A stretch of DNA of 64,000 nt from the human T2T-CHM13v2.0 reference genome, Homo sapiens (GCF_009914755.1 NC_060928.1), one strand, 5' to 3'. Shown: positions 33,343-51,930, numbered from the stretch's first letter. Notes: generated by a model from the letters alone, not told the origin. Made by a program: numbers and translations.

Positions 33343-35355
33343 TCACTGACTTCCTTAAATTGTTGTTTGGGTGTACGATAGACACTTTTATTTGGATTTA
33401 TTCAGGACTTTCTAGAATTCATCTAGAAAAAATCAGACACATTCCTGCTCTTTCTTCTGTAGCAGAGTGAAATACTATTTTTATGCTATTCTCATTTTTA
33501 ATTTAAAAGGTAAAGTCCCTAAAAAATATCCTTTGGAAAACCTGCTAATGAAAGCTCAGATCTTGGGGACAGCATAGCAATGTAGAAGAGTGTGGGCCGA
33601 GAGACCTGTGTATTCTCTTAGCCCCAGCACTTCCTAGACAGATAAACATGGGGGCTTCAGTATGTAGGTAAGGAGTTTCATAAGCTTTGCCGTATTCATA
33701 CAGCAAATGTATGAAACAATTGCTGTAATATGAACTCTCTCACCTGTTGTGTCTGTTTCTTCTCTCTCATCCACTGAGTAAAATTCCTTCATAAGCGGGG
33801 TATCCCTTGAGAAAGCCTAGTGCCTAGAGATAAGTTCATGACCCTTTCTCTTTTCTTTAAAGTGCATTCTAGGTACGTCAGTGAATTCAGTCTTATATTT
33901 GCCACTCAAACTTGTTTTGAGTGGTGTGAATCCAAAGAACAAAGGTTATTTTTAGAAATTCTAATAATGGAATCTGTTTCAGCCAAGCAGTTAGTAAATG
34001 TCAAAAGCTTTCCCCCAAAAAATCTGGACGCTAACTCTTACACAACTGCTCACCAAAACAATTTTTCCTTGAGTCTTTTAAAAGGAGTATGTGCTATTAG
34101 GTTTCTGGACATAAAATTCTGTTTATAAACTTTCTAAGATTTGGAATATACTAACTGCTTTAAGATAATAACTGCTGCGAGCTTCCAGAGTTTTCTTAAC
34201 TTTATCACTTAGGTTGACTGAATTGGCATCTCAGGACTTTCCTGCAAAGTTTATGAACATTCTCACTGTAGTTTTTAGCTTTTTTGCTGCATCATATTTG
34301 TTAATCTAATTAATTGTTTAGCTTTATCTTTAGTCCATTTTCTTCACTGGCTACACAACATCTCACTCATTATAATGTGTTGAAGAGGGATTTTTATGGT
34401 CCACATAAAATTGTTTGCAAGTATCTTCGGCAATATATTATCTTTGTTTACGATACTCTCACTTTTGGTCAAAATTATTACATCTCCAGGGACAAGATTA
34501 AATAGTTTTTCTGGCATGATTCAGGCTTTAGTTTTTGATTTCGTGTTTTCATTCTTTGGTTTACCCCAAAAAACTAATGTTTAGCACACGGTTTAGTTTG
34601 TTTTCAAACCTGATAACGTATGACAGTCATTGTATCAGGTTCTACTATTCTTTACATGGCCTCAGGGTGCTTACTGAAACTTAGAATATATTTTACTCCT
34701 AATTTAGCTTAAAAATTAATGAATATATCAAATGTAAAAATGATTGGCCAGATCAACAGTAACAGATTATGTAATGTTTATTTATATTCCTTTTGGCTCA
34801 AATAAGATGAAAAAATGAATCTTAGCTGAATTTCAAAGATGATGAGCATTTTATACACTAGGGATTGTGATTCCCTATAAGATGAAAAGAGGTTATTTTG
34901 ATCTCAATTTTCGTTTTGTAATCACCCATTGTCAAATTTACTTTTCAAAGTTTTTTTTTTTAACTATTCTTAAGTTTGAAAACTTTCTAGACCTTAGCCA
35001 GTATGTAGAATGCCCAATGCATATGTTGACTGCTGACAAGCTTCAGAGCCATTGTTACTAAAAAATAGAAAAATAGTCTATAATTCGTAAATGAGAGTGT
35101 TTTGGAAGACTGCTTTCCTTTTCCAGGACATAAACAACTTTACTTCATGAACTAGATGATAATGCTGTACAGAGCACACAGCTGGAATTCAGTAACCATT
35201 GCACTAAAACCATTTTTTAAAGTTAGTATTGAAAACAGGATATTTTCAGGGCACTGACTTCCTAATTAAACAGTTTGAAAGAAAACATTATTTTGTAGCA
35301 AAATATATAGATACTGATATTTTGTATCATACTGATTTGTCACCTATACCAGTTA

Positions 35356-35520
<165 letters not shown>

Positions 35521-35690
35521 TTAAATTAATGTGCTACCTTTACATGCTTATGAGGAATATTTTCTCTTTTCAGGACTAATTATTTTTATACAGTAGTTAT
35601 GACGTACCAGTATATAATTCTCTGTCAACGAACAAACCACTTATTTGGTTTTATTTATGCAGGCAAAATCTTTTTAGTAAAAGGTATTTT

Positions 35691-35993
35691 AGGCTGGGCA
35701 CGGTGGTTCATGCCTGTAATCCCAGCACTTTGGGAGGCCGACGTCTGTGGATCACTTGAGGTCAGGAGTTCGTGATCAGACTGGCCAACATGGTGAAACC
35801 CCATCTGCACTAAAAATACAAAAATTAGCCAGGTGTGCCGGCACGTGCCTATAATCCCAGCTACTCAGGAGGCTGAGGCAGGAGAATCACTTGAATCCGG
35901 GAGGCAGAGGTTAGGGGCAGTGAGCTGAGATCACGCCACTGCACTCCAGCCTGGGCAACAGAGCAACACTATCTGAAGAAAAAAAAAAAAAAA
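35691..35993 (+). mobile_element. AluS
   Basis: Alu match; TSD aaaggtattttag. Confidence 0.92.
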
Positions 35994-36596
35994 GATAAAG
36001 GTATTTTAGTGTAATGCCTTTTTGAAAATGAAACAAGCACTTCAATTGTGTGGCTGAAATGTTTCCTTTTAAACATGCATGAGTATTTAAATATTATTTT
36101 TAGTTTTTTTTTAAAATGTATTGGATAGGAGCACTTCCACTCACAAAAAGTATTTTAGCTGGCCAGAAAAAGTCAAATATTTGGAAAAGATTATTTTTGA
36201 GAAAATATTTAAAGCCATTTTAATATATACTGCAGGATTTTCTACCAACGTAAGATTCTGAATGTTCTCAGAGCACTGAATGACTTTTAATCACAATGCT
36301 AAGTAGTCTATCTTACAAGATGTTTCATATTGATTCACTTGGTCATAAATTCAAAAGTATCATGTACTAAAATGTTTATAATCATTAAACATATAAGAGA
36401 TGAAGCAATAGCATTCTGTTGTCCTCTGACACTCTCTTTCACAGGATCATACTTTTTATCATAGTAATACATATGTGACATCTGGTTAGAGAACAAAAAA
36501 GGGCAGAGAAAGATCAGTGTCTTCATGATAGTAGTTTTCGTTCATCATGTAAGATGATAATGGACTGAACTTAGCAGCTTATAATACAATTTTCAT

Positions 36597-36602
36597 TTTA
36601 TT
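36597..36602 (-). terminator. VEGFC: VEGFC polyadenylation signal AATAAA
   Basis: tttatt on + strand, read as aaAATAAAatgaaaattgtattat on minus, at the expected UTR end. Confidence 0.85.
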
Positions 36603-36635
36603 TTAAACATATTTTGCATGATATAAAAATATTGA

Positions 36636-36643
36636 TCACAGTG
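36636..36643 (-). promoter_or_regulatory. miR-128 8mer / miR-27 7mer seed match (CACTGTGA) in 3'UTR
   Basis: tcacagtg on + strand; seed sequences from recall. Confidence 0.55.
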
Positions 36644-36955
36644 AGTTTTACCAATTGTTGTTGCTATAAAAATGAATGCAGAAACAATATTTTTAGTGGA
36701 AATAAATTATATAGTCATTCTTTTAAAGAAATCACAAGAGGAAAATCTTGGCTGTTTGGTCATTGGCAGAAAACCAGTCTTTACAAGAGGCCTTTTGCAG
36801 ATGAGCTCCAGTCCATTTCTGTAAAGTTATCCACATGGTTCAGGAAAGACAGACTTTTGTCTTTGTTAGCATGGACCCACAAGGGTCTCTCTGTTCACAG
36901 ACAGTTCTACTGTGGCAACACAGTTTTCCATAATAGAAAATCGATGAACTGGAAA

Positions 36956-36962
36956 ACAGTAC
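36956..36962 (-). promoter_or_regulatory. miR-101 7mer seed match (GTACTGT) just after the stop codon
   Basis: acagtac on + strand. It lies very close to the stop, so efficacy is uncertain. Confidence 0.35.
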
Positions 36963-36966
36963 AATC

Positions 36967-37081
36967 TTAGCTCATTTGTGGTCTTTTCCAATATGAAGGG
37001 ACACAACGACACACTTCTTCACTATATGAAAATCCTGGCTCACAAGCCTTCTGGCGGTTCGTACATGGCCGTCTGTAACAG
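36967..37081 (-). CDS. VEGFC: VEGFC exon 7 coding part (115 nt including TAA)
   Basis: Read by hand (too short for the ORF track): (S)CYRRPCTNRQKACEPGFSYSEEVCRCVPSYWKRPQMS*. Acceptor ttgttctcctag|C, stop TAA at 36969-36967. Confidence 0.97.
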
Positions 37082-37766
37082 CTAGGAGAACAAACAAGAA
37101 CACACTTACGTTAAAGATCAAGGCAATGGATTCATCATGCTACCAAGGTATTTCTGTGTTTTTAAATTTCAGACTGGAATAAAATTACTAATTTTATGAC
37201 GAAATTGTTCATAGGTTTAAAAAAGTTTGTTTCTGCTTAGAATTACAACATTTAAGAGGAATGGAAAAGCCTTAAAATAAAAGTCTTGCTTGCTGATATA
37301 ACAAATGGAAGGATGAGGTATTGTAAGCATTAGTTCCTTTGAAGTGCTCTTTGCTTCATGGGTGAAAGAAACATAAAACAGAAATTCTGAAAGTGAACAC
37401 TGAAGGTCTGCTGACTTACTGTGATCACATAAGCATGGCAGAATTCACATGAGTCTGGGACTTGTATGGGACCCAGACTTCCAGGCAATTAAACCCAGCC
37501 ATGTTGGCAGAACTGTGGTCCTCAGTGAGCAGCCCCACCCTCACTCTTGTGTCTCTACTTGGCAGCTGGCTGCATGACGGTGACTAACTCTTCCTTTCCA
37601 CCTTGGCTCCAGGTGAAACAGAGGCATTCTGGGGCAGGGAGGTGAGAAGGACAATACTCAGCAGCGAGGGTCCCCTTCCTCCCATCCTAGACTTCCAGTT
37701 TCTAGTAGCGGTGAGAGGACAAATTACCAATTGGTCAGTGTGTCTCCTGCCCTGTTGCTCCAGTGA

Positions 37767-38066
<300 letters not shown>

Positions 38067-40227
38067 GAGAATTGGAGCTATCTTTTAAAAACATTTTGGA
38101 GTATGAGCATGCCTAATGTGTGGGAATAGGTGTAAAGGGAAAAGTGCAAGATGACCTGAGGTGGAAATCAAAAGTGTGCTATAAAAAACCCTACACAATT
38201 TGGTTTTGACATTTCATTTATTTGGCTCTAGAAAAGAAAGCATGTCTAGTTAATTTTTCTTAAACTTTGCAAATGCAAATTCATAGTTATGACTACTGGT
38301 ATTCCTCTACTAAAAAGGGATATGATACTTAATGATCCATAAAAGCTGTTAATTAAGGCAATGAACCAAAGAATATATACTCTGCCTACTGCACTTTGTA
38401 ATAGATATTAAGAGAGAATGAGGAGAATATATATTTTCAAAATATGATATTTTCTCTTTTGCTCCAATTTATATCACAAAGCTTGGAATTATACACTTAG
38501 AAAAATGAATCTAGGATGAGTTGCAGTAAACAGAGTCTTTTTGAAAGAATGTATAGTATTAGGAGAAATGCAATGATAGAAATATTGTCTGTGTTCATAT
38601 AATTCTGTAGAAAAGTAGGTATGCAGACATAAGAATTTCAGATTTTTCAATGTATACTAAATTCACTCAATAAGAATTCAATATAAAACATAGTTTAATA
38701 AGGCTTAAAAAGATTTAGTATCTATATCCTTCTGAAAATAGTAGCATATACATTTTTGAAATGTCCTCTTGGTTATTACAGTAGGAATATATAGGTAAAA
38801 TTGGAATATAGTTCTTTCTCAAAATAAAATTATACCTATGATGTACTTTGCAGTATAAGGGAAGAAAAATATAATCAATGAGATAGCCAGATCCACTAAA
38901 GCCTTTTTATCCAGTAGCTAAAATATTAGTTTAGGAAAACCACCAAAAATATACATTAAAATAAGGACACAAAACTCTTGAGAATAAAAAGATGAACTCG
39001 TTATATACTGTGGAAAAATAATAATGAACATTAGTGAAGATAGTAAATAAATGAAATACAAGCTTTTTTCTGTTAAAAAGAACATTATCTACCCATATGT
39101 AAAGAATGGATGTAAAAAGAGAATCCAGTGAAAGTGATTAAAAACAAATGGTCTGAAAATTAAGTAGACAACTAGGAAAGTACAATGTCATGTCATAGAA
39201 GAGGTGAGCTTAAAGAAAAAGGCCATGGAAAGGACAGGTTACCTAAGGACAAAATTCTCTGTTGGATTTGGCAACTATGAGGCCAATGAAACGTTAAACA
39301 GAGGTTTAACATAGCACTGTAGGCCATAAACCAGGTTTTAGGTGGTTGAATACATGGTAGGTGAAAGAGGTGAAAACAAATGCCTCGTTTTTGAGCAGCT
39401 TTGAAGAGAACAGACCTGGGTTGCTAAAGTTTGCTCAACTTCACAGTAAGAGGCTAATAAAATAGAAGAAATTTGGGAACTTTTATAAACTGAAGGGAAA
39501 AAAAGTAGAGTTGAAGATGTTCAAGTTACAGAAGAAAGAAGGAATGGCATGAAGCAATGTTGAAGGAATGTGGAGAAAATGTCAAACGGACAGGTCTGGC
39601 TTAAATAGTAGGATCAATTTATTCTCTGAGATTAAAGAGGAAGAGGTTTCGGGATTAACATTGAATGTGCTTGAGTCGAATAACTTCATTTTTTTTTTCT
39701 TGATGCAGAAGAGTCAAAACCAAGTTTAAGACATGAGTCTTGGGTACCTTTAACAACATATTCATTTATTTCTCTAATTCTATCAAATACTTAGCTATGT
39801 ATTTTCATTTCCAGATATAATTCTATACCAGTGGTACTCTCCTGTCCTTTGTTTGTAAGTTTTGCATAAAAATTGTCTGCATTTAGAACAGTTGTCCTAA
39901 ATTATGTCTGAAGGCATCCTACTTTTTGGTGGGGGTGAAGTGGATTGCCTTTAGGTATTTTGAAAACATCCCACAGGAACCACTAATTTAGAGTATATTC
40001 TGAGCTTGGATCTAATTTTGATCCTCAAGGCTCCTGTCTTGCTTTTTTGGAAGCAAATCCAGTCTCATGCAAGTTTAGCATTGGTTAAAAAAATATAAGA
40101 TTTTTGTCTTTCAGAATGTATTGGCCTCATTCTAACAAGCAATTGTTACTTTGGTTAAGAAAACTGCTTTTGGTTTAGAGCATATTTCTAGTAAGATAAA
40201 TTAATATTCTTCATGAGGATCTCTTAC

Positions 40228-40561
40228 CTGCATGTTTGGTGGTGGAACTTCTTTCCTTTTAACAAGCATTTCTGTGGACTTTCTGTACATTCACAGGCAC
40301 ATTTTCCAGGATTTAGGGGTTGATTTCTGGGGCAGGTTCTTTTACATACACACTGGCATGTGTTTTCATCAAATTCTCGGTTGGCCCCACATTGGCTGGG
40401 GAAGAGTTTGTTTTTACAGACACACTGGCATGAGTTTCTGTCTAGTTCTTTGTGGGGTCCACAGCTGGCAGGCCGAAGCCCCGCTCTGCAGACACACTGA
40501 CAGGTCTCTTCATCCAGCTCCTTGTTTGGTCCACAGATGTCATGGAATCCATCTGTTGAGT
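40228..40561 (-). CDS. VEGFC: VEGFC exon 6 (334 nt), cysteine-rich silk-homology (BR3P-like CX10CXCXC) repeats
   Basis: Translates as DSTDGFHDICGPNKELDEETCQCVCRAG...KKFHHQTC. Acceptor tttgtctag|AC, donor TGCAG|gtaaga. In frame with exons 5 and 7. Confidence 0.98.
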
Positions 40562-40861
40562 CTAGACAAATAGTCAGAGAATCTTTACTATACTTTACTT
40601 GGTTCTGGGTGTGGCATGAAACAAAAGCTTTTAAAAGCATCTTCCTTTTGTATGTTTTCCATCAAAGGATTGGGTACAAACATGAGTATGTTCCTTTATA
40701 AAGGAGTTCAAAATAATACCAACGTGAAGTAGAAAATGTACTATTTTTTAGTCACTTATTTCGAAGAATGATGAATATTATATGTGTGGTTTTAATATTA
40801 GAGTATGTTAATCACAATATAGACCCCTGGCGTTTAGTCTTTAAAGCATCATTCTGCTTAC

Positions 40862-40968
40862 CATCTCCAGCATCCGAGGAAAACATAAAATCTTCCTGAG
40901 CCAGGCATCTGCAGATGTGATTATTCCACATGTAATTGGTGGGGCAGGTCTTGTTCGCTGCCTGACAC
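40862..40968 (-). CDS. VEGFC: VEGFC exon 5 (107 nt), start of the C-terminal propeptide
   Basis: Translates as (Q)CQAANKTCPTNYMWNNHICRCLAQEDFMFSSDAGD, matching human VEGF-C. Acceptor tttcttccaaag|G, donor GATG|gtaagc. Phase 2 in, phase 1 out. Confidence 0.97.
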
Positions 40969-41611
40969 CTTTGGAAGAAACAGACGAGGTTTAGCAATGG
41001 TGTAACTGGTACCTAGAAGGGACCATCTCTGCTCACATATGTATCAAAATAATGCTCATAGAAAAGCTTTAAAAATATAAGAATTATGAGATAAAATGTG
41101 AATGTTTTCTCCCAAACTCTCTCTACCCACAACTGCTATAAAATTCCAATCCCAGAGGTGATCACTGTTTGTGGTATGGTCTTAGAGGACACCAGACTTT
41201 TATCTTTTTAAGGCAAACACATTGGTTTGTATAATCATATAGGGTTTTAGCTTGTGAAATAAATAAGGTAAAACCTTTTGCTTTAAAATTTTTTTCCATT
41301 ATACAATATATCATGGACATTTTTATATGTCATTGAGTAGAGTTCTGCTCCATTATTTTTAGTGGCTATGTAATATTCCATACAAAAGATGTACCATTAT
41401 TTATTTTATTCATCTCTTAGGTAACTATCTACATCACTTTGATTTTGGCTTTTCCAAGCAATACTGGAGGAAACATCTATGTAAATGTATCTTTACTGAC
41501 TTATTTCTGAAGCACAGATCCCCATCTTGTAAAGCCTCCAGAAATGCAAAATTTCCACTCTGTACTCCCCCAAAAAGTTATCAAAGATATTTTGTTTCAT
41601 TGTTGTTCTAG

Positions 41612-41695
41612 CTCTTTACTTCCTTCCTTCCCTCCCTCCCTCCTTTCTTCCTTCCCTTCCCCTCCTTTCCCCTTTCTTCCCACCTTCCTTCCTTG
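41612..41695. repeat. (CCTT/CCCT)n polypyrimidine microsatellite
   Basis: About 75 nt of almost only C and T. Confidence 0.85.
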
Positions 41696-44600
41696 TTTTA
41701 GAGTAAAAATTATGAACCTACAGGCTTCAGTCAAGTACCCTAATTGCTCCTTTGATGGTCCAATGGCCCCACTGTTGCTACCTGAGACCCCTCTCTGTTG
41801 GTGCCCACGTGACATGAGCCCTCTCTGGGGTGAACATATATCACAAGCTCAGCTTGCTCATTTTCTCCTCCACACCTGGCATCAGCCATTTCTTCAGGAG
41901 CCCTAATTCTCTTTGTTGGAAAACAGCATTTTAGAGGCTATCATTTGAGATCAGAAGTGTTTAGTGCCATCAGATCACATTACTACTAGACCTTTTCAGG
42001 GGGCAGAGCTAGAAAAATGCATTATATCCTGTAGAATGTTTTCCTAGTTAATATTTACCCAGTAGAAGGATTTTTGGTTTTAAATATCCTAATTTACAGG
42101 ATATATATCAACTTCTCACTACCTCATTTTTTCATCTAATGTTGGTGTAGACATCAAATAGAAGTATTTATTTATATCTTTCACACTCATTATATATTGT
42201 AAACAACTTTATGTGCTGGAAGAATGTTGAGTTACATTCCAAATTGATAGAACATAGTAAGAATCCTATGTAGCCATCTTAACATGTGCATTGAGTATAA
42301 ACAAACAGGCCAGTTACTAAGAAAGTTTTGCAGACATACTCAGTGTGACAATACATCTTTCTTTTAATAATAGCCTGGTAACTCTTACAGCATCACATAG
42401 AGGAATTTTTCAACAGAAAAACAAGCAAATCTGCATTTTGCAACCAAAATGCAGCTTGAACATCTTCCTTCAGCTTGAACATCATTTCTGAAGATTTACC
42501 AAAGCTTTCCTGTCCAGCAAGTCTCTACAGCATCTACTAGACACAGACATGGGGAAGGTCTCTTCATTCCTCTTCATATGACAGTTTGTCGAAGATTGCC
42601 CCCTTGTCCTCCATCCACCCATCACCTTCTGCAAATAGCAATGACTGATTTGACCTTTCTTTGTCCCTTCTTGAGTTTCTTCAAGAGTCATTTCTCCTTT
42701 AGCAAGGTGAAAAACAGTCTATTATGGGTCTTTTATTTATTTTAATTTTGACTTTTAACTTTTTGATTGCGGTGTTATTTGCTATGCTATACCACAAAGT
42801 GACAATTTCTCATACAGCATATACACGGTCCATGTAACTAGATACAAAGCAACTGTATGTTAGCAACATCAATAATTGCTGATTAGGAAACAATATACAT
42901 TTTAGATTTTATCAAGATAGTTTGTCACTTTTCTATGCTTTTCTACAGGCATTATTAGGTATCAATTATTTTGTAGGAAATAGCTATGTTTTGGTTTACC
43001 TTCCATTCACTATAATTGTTCCCATTTAGAACAGAAATGTGCTCTCAAAATCTATTTTTGGGAATAGATTACTGATCTTAAGCAAGAGATTCCTGCATAC
43101 ATTTTTAGAGAAAAAATTTCATACTGTTACTTCCAAATCCAATTAACATTACTGGATTTTAATGTACTACTTTGACTTCATACTAATAACTTCCATGAAA
43201 ACCTTGGCTTCTAACAATCTTCACATAAACTGTTATTTGCTTTATCCTGCATATATTATGTACTTCTATGTTCTTACTTTTGAAAATGTCAAACATGTAT
43301 GTAATTATCAGAGTTAAGACTATGAGAAAAATGTACAGTCAGAGAAGTTCTGTATCATCAGCAAGTTTCTTTTTTTTTTTTTGGCTTTTTGGTTTATGTT
43401 TTCAGGGTATCTTCTTGCCAAAAAATTGCATATATGTTTTTTCACATTTTGTTACACAGATAGCATCCGTTACACATTATTGTAAACCTTGTTTTTTTCA
43501 CTTATCAATATTTCTTGGAGAACATTGTACCTTCCTAATAATTTTAGGAATTCCAAGGGCAAGTCTCTACTCATTGCGCATTTTTGTCATTATTTTCTAG
43601 GTTAATCATGAACATATATTGTTCTAGATAAAATGCAGACAGTCAGGACTTATCCAAAACAGTATCGTTTTTAAAATTTATATCCTCTTGATAGTTAGCA
43701 TCCTTCCATCAAATATGATACAACTTATATTAAGTTCTATAATAGCAATGCAATTAATCCTGGCTGCATGAAACTCATAATCTTCTATAAATGATGGTAA
43801 AAACATTTTGGTTATGTCGCTTCTGTGTTGATTGATATATGGTTTAAGTAACACACTGCCATGTTGGCATCGAGTGGCCATTATAACGTGTTGGTAGAAA
43901 GGCATCTTTCATTTTACCAACATGTGATTTATACTGCCATTACCTAAGCCAGTGTTATTCCAGCTGCTGCTTGCAACCCATTAATGAATCATGAAATCAA
44001 TGACATGGGCTCAGAAATGCATTTTAAAATGTAATAGAATGATATGTAATAAAATACAAACCAATAGAATGCATGTGATACAGATTGGTTCCTAAAGAAA
44101 GCACCGTGCTTCAAAAGTGAGGAGCAAGTTCTTCGCATTTAAAACTTCTCAGGCAAAAATGGTGGGCAGGGGGTCAACATTTCCAAAATATTGTTATTTT
44201 AGAATGAAAGGAAATGTGGTCATGATGGATAGAGGTTTAGTAAAATTTGGTTATCTCCTTTACGTTTTAATCTCCAAAGCATTTCTCCTTACAGAAATTT
44301 CTCTTCTAGTTCTGAATATTAAAGTATGCATAAATACTTTAAAGGTTTATAATTATGTTTTTTGTATAGTGTATTTATAAAAGACATTGATTCAAAGACA
44401 TTCTGTCTGCAAAGCAAAGCAGGGAATTGCACAATTATTTGCAAGGTATGTCTATGTTGAGAATCATGTGAATAAACTAACTTTCCTATCCCCCCACCGA
44501 CCCCACCACACACACACACAGGCACAACCACAATCCTGCCTATAACCTGTATGAAGGATAAAGATGCTTTTATCAGAATTGTTTCATTAATTATTTTCAC

Positions 44601-45059
44601 AGCTTCACTTGACTTTGGTGTGGCAGCTATTGCTTTATGCTGGTTAAAATCACGTGACAAAAATATGAGTATATGTGTTTTTCAAACTAAAGAACAATGA
44701 ATTTAATGATAAATAAAATCTTAGTTTGCATTTATCTCTCCTTTGAAATATTAAAAGATAAATGTATTCCAAATACGTTCTGTTACATTATATTCTAAAC
44801 GTTGGGTAATAATTACCAGCTCTTGGGGAGGAGCCAAGATGGCCAAATAGGAACAGCTCCGGTCTACAGCTCCCAGCCTGAGCAACGCAGAAGACGGGTG
44901 ATTTCTGCATTTCCATCTGAGGTACCGGGTTCATCTCACTAGGGAGTGCCAGACAGTGGGCGCAGGTCAGTGGGTGCACGCACCGTGCGCGAGCCGAAGC
45001 AGGGCGAGGCATTGCCTCACTTGGGAAGCACAAGTGGTCAGGGAGTTCCCTTTCCTAGT

Positions 45060-45602
<543 letters not shown>

Positions 45603-46057
45603 TGCCCAGGCTTGATTAGGTAAACAAAGCAGCCGGGAAGCTCGAACTGGGTGGAGCCCACCACAGCTCAAGGAGGCCTGCCTGCCTCTGTAGGCTCCAC
45701 CTCTGGGGGCAGGGCACAGACAAACAAAAAGACAGAAGTAACTTCTGCAGACTTAAATGTCCCTGTCTGACAGCTTTGAAGAGAGCAGTGGTTCTCCCAG
45801 CACGCAGCTGGAGATCTGAGAACGGGCAGACTGCTTCCTCAAGTGGGTCCCTGACCCCTGACCCCCGAGCAGCCTAACTGGGAGGCACCCCCCAGCAGGG
45901 GCACACTGACACCTCACACAGCAGGGTATTCCAACAGACCTGCAGCTGAGGGTCCTGTCTGTTAGAAGGAAAACTAACAAACAGAAAGGACATCCACACC
46001 GAAAACCCATCTGTACATCACCATCATCAAAGACCAAAAGTCGATAAAACCACAAAG

Positions 46058-47076
46058 ATGGGGAAAAAACAGAACAGAAAAACTGGAAAGTCTAAAAAGC
46101 AGAGTGCCTCTCCTCCTCCAAAGAAACACAGTTCCTTACCAGCAATGGAACAAAGCTGGATGGAGAATAACTTTGACGAGCTGCGAGAAGAAGGCTTCAG
46201 ACGATCAAATTACTCTGAGCTACAGGAGGACATTCAAACCAAAGGCAAAGAAGTTGAAAACTTGGAAAAAAATTTAGAAGAATGTATAACTAGAATAACC
46301 AATACAGAGAAGTGCTTAAAGGAGCTGATGGAGCTGAAAACCAAGGCTCGAGAACTACGTGAAGAATGCAGAAGCCTCAGGAGCCGATGCAATCAACTGG
46401 AAGAAAGAGTATCAGCAATGGAAGATGAAATGAATGAAATGAAGCGAGAAGGGAAGTTTAGAGAAAAAAGAATAAAAAGAAATGAGCAAAGCCTCCAAGA
46501 AATATGGGACTATGTGAAAAGACCAAATCTATGTCTGATTGGTGTACCTGAAAGTGATGGGGAGAATGGAACCAAGTTGGAAAACACTCTGCAGGATATT
46601 ATCCAGGAGAACTTCCCCAATCTAGCAAGGCAGGCCAACGTTCAGATTCAGGAAATACAGAGAATGCCACAAAGATACTCCTCGAGAAGAGCAACTCCAA
46701 GACACATAACTGTCAGATTCACCAAAGTTGAAATGAAGGAAAAAATGTTAAGGGCAGCCAGAGAGAAAGGTCTGGTTACCCTCAAAGGGAAGCCCATCAG
46801 ACTAACAGAGGATCTCTCGGCAGAAACCCTACAAGCCAGAAGAGAGTGGGGGCCAATATTCAACATTCTTAAAGAAAAGAATTTTCAACCCAGAATTTCA
46901 TATCCAGCCAAAATAAGCTTCATATAAGTGAAGGAGAAATAAAATACTTTACAGACAAGCAAATGCTGAGAGATTTTGTCACCACCAGGCCTGCCCTAAA
47001 AGAGCTCCTGAAGGAAGCGCTAAATATGGAAAGGAACAACTGGTACCAGCCGCTGCAAAATCATGCCAAAATGTAA
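46058..47076 (+). pseudogene. L1 ORF1p, frameshifted by a 2-bp insertion near 46923
   Basis: MGKKQNRKTG... runs 289 aa then stops early. The native end ...catgccaaaatgtaa is at 47076, giving a span of 1019 = 1017 + 2. Confidence 0.93.
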
Positions 47077-47139
47077 AGACCATCGAGACTAGGAAGAAAC
47101 TGCATCAACTAATGAGCAAAATAACCAGCTAACATCATA

Positions 47140-50968
<3,829 letters not shown>

Positions 50969-51479
50969 ACAATGAGATCACATGGACACAGGAAGGGGAA
51001 CATCACACTCTGGGGACTGTTGTGGGGTGGAGGGAGGGGGAGGGATAGCATTGGGAGATATACCTAATGGTAGATGACAAGTTAGTGGGTGCAGCACACC
51101 AGCATGGCACATGTATACATATGTAACTAACCTGCACAATGTGCACATGTACCCTAAAACTTAAAGTATAATAATAAAAATAAAAATAATAATAATAATA
51201 ATAATTACTAGCTCTTATACTTTCAACATCACAGCAGGCTATTTTGTGCATGCTATTTTTGTGATTCTCATATTCTACACTCTTTGCCACGGAGGTTTTC
51301 CTACACTTGGAGATTTCTTGACTCCTCAAATCCACATTTAAGGAACTAAAACATGCTATCACCTTTTGTTTGGTCTTAGTCAGAACTGGGCTGAAATGTT
51401 ATTCTTTTTCAAAGAGCTATAATCTGCTATAATCTCTTATACATTTGTATATACATATACATATATATAATATTCATGC

Positions 51480-51930
51480 ATTTTTCCAGCTTTACTGAAG
51501 TATGATTGATAAATATTGTACATATATAAGGTATACAAAGTGATGTTTTGGTATATGTATACACTGTGAAATGATTACCAAAATCAAGCTAATTAACATA
51601 TCCACACCTCAAAGAGTTACTGTGTGTGTGGGGGAGTTGGGGGGTGCAGTGAGAATACTATTGAGTAGAGTAACTATGCTGTACTATACGTTAGGTCTCC
51701 AGAGCATATTCACCTTGTAACTGCAAGTTGTCACACTCTAACATTTCCCCATGTCCCCCACCCCCAAGACCGTGGTGACCACTCTTCTATTCTGTATCTA
51801 TGAATTCTACTTTTCTAGATTCCATATATAAGGGAGATCAGTAATATGCATCTTTCTGTGTCTGGCTTATTTCACTCAGCACAATTTCCTCCAGGTTATT
51901 TCACGTTGTTGGAAATGACAGAATCTTTGT
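51480..51930 (-). mobile_element. L1MA 3' end fragment
   Basis: aaatgattaccaaaatcaagctaattaacatatcc and tgtgtctggcttatttcactcagcacaat. Confidence 0.75.

Larger units (their letters stand above)
36579..36966 (-). other. VEGFC: VEGFC 3'UTR (~390 nt)
   Basis: Runs from the stop codon to about 18 nt past AATAAA; AU-rich distal part. The cleavage site is estimated. Confidence 0.85.

Noticed and set aside
40232-40573. 113-aa plus-strand ORF
   Set aside because: Antisense shadow of VEGFC exon 6.
40562-40640. N-terminal extension of the exon 6 ORF (MLLKAFVS...) and intronic extensions of the exon 5 ORF
   Set aside because: These are open frames running past canonical splice sites into introns.
42452-42484. 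13-bp direct repeat cagcttgaacatc
   Set aside because: An isolated micro-duplication with two copies and no array or further structure.
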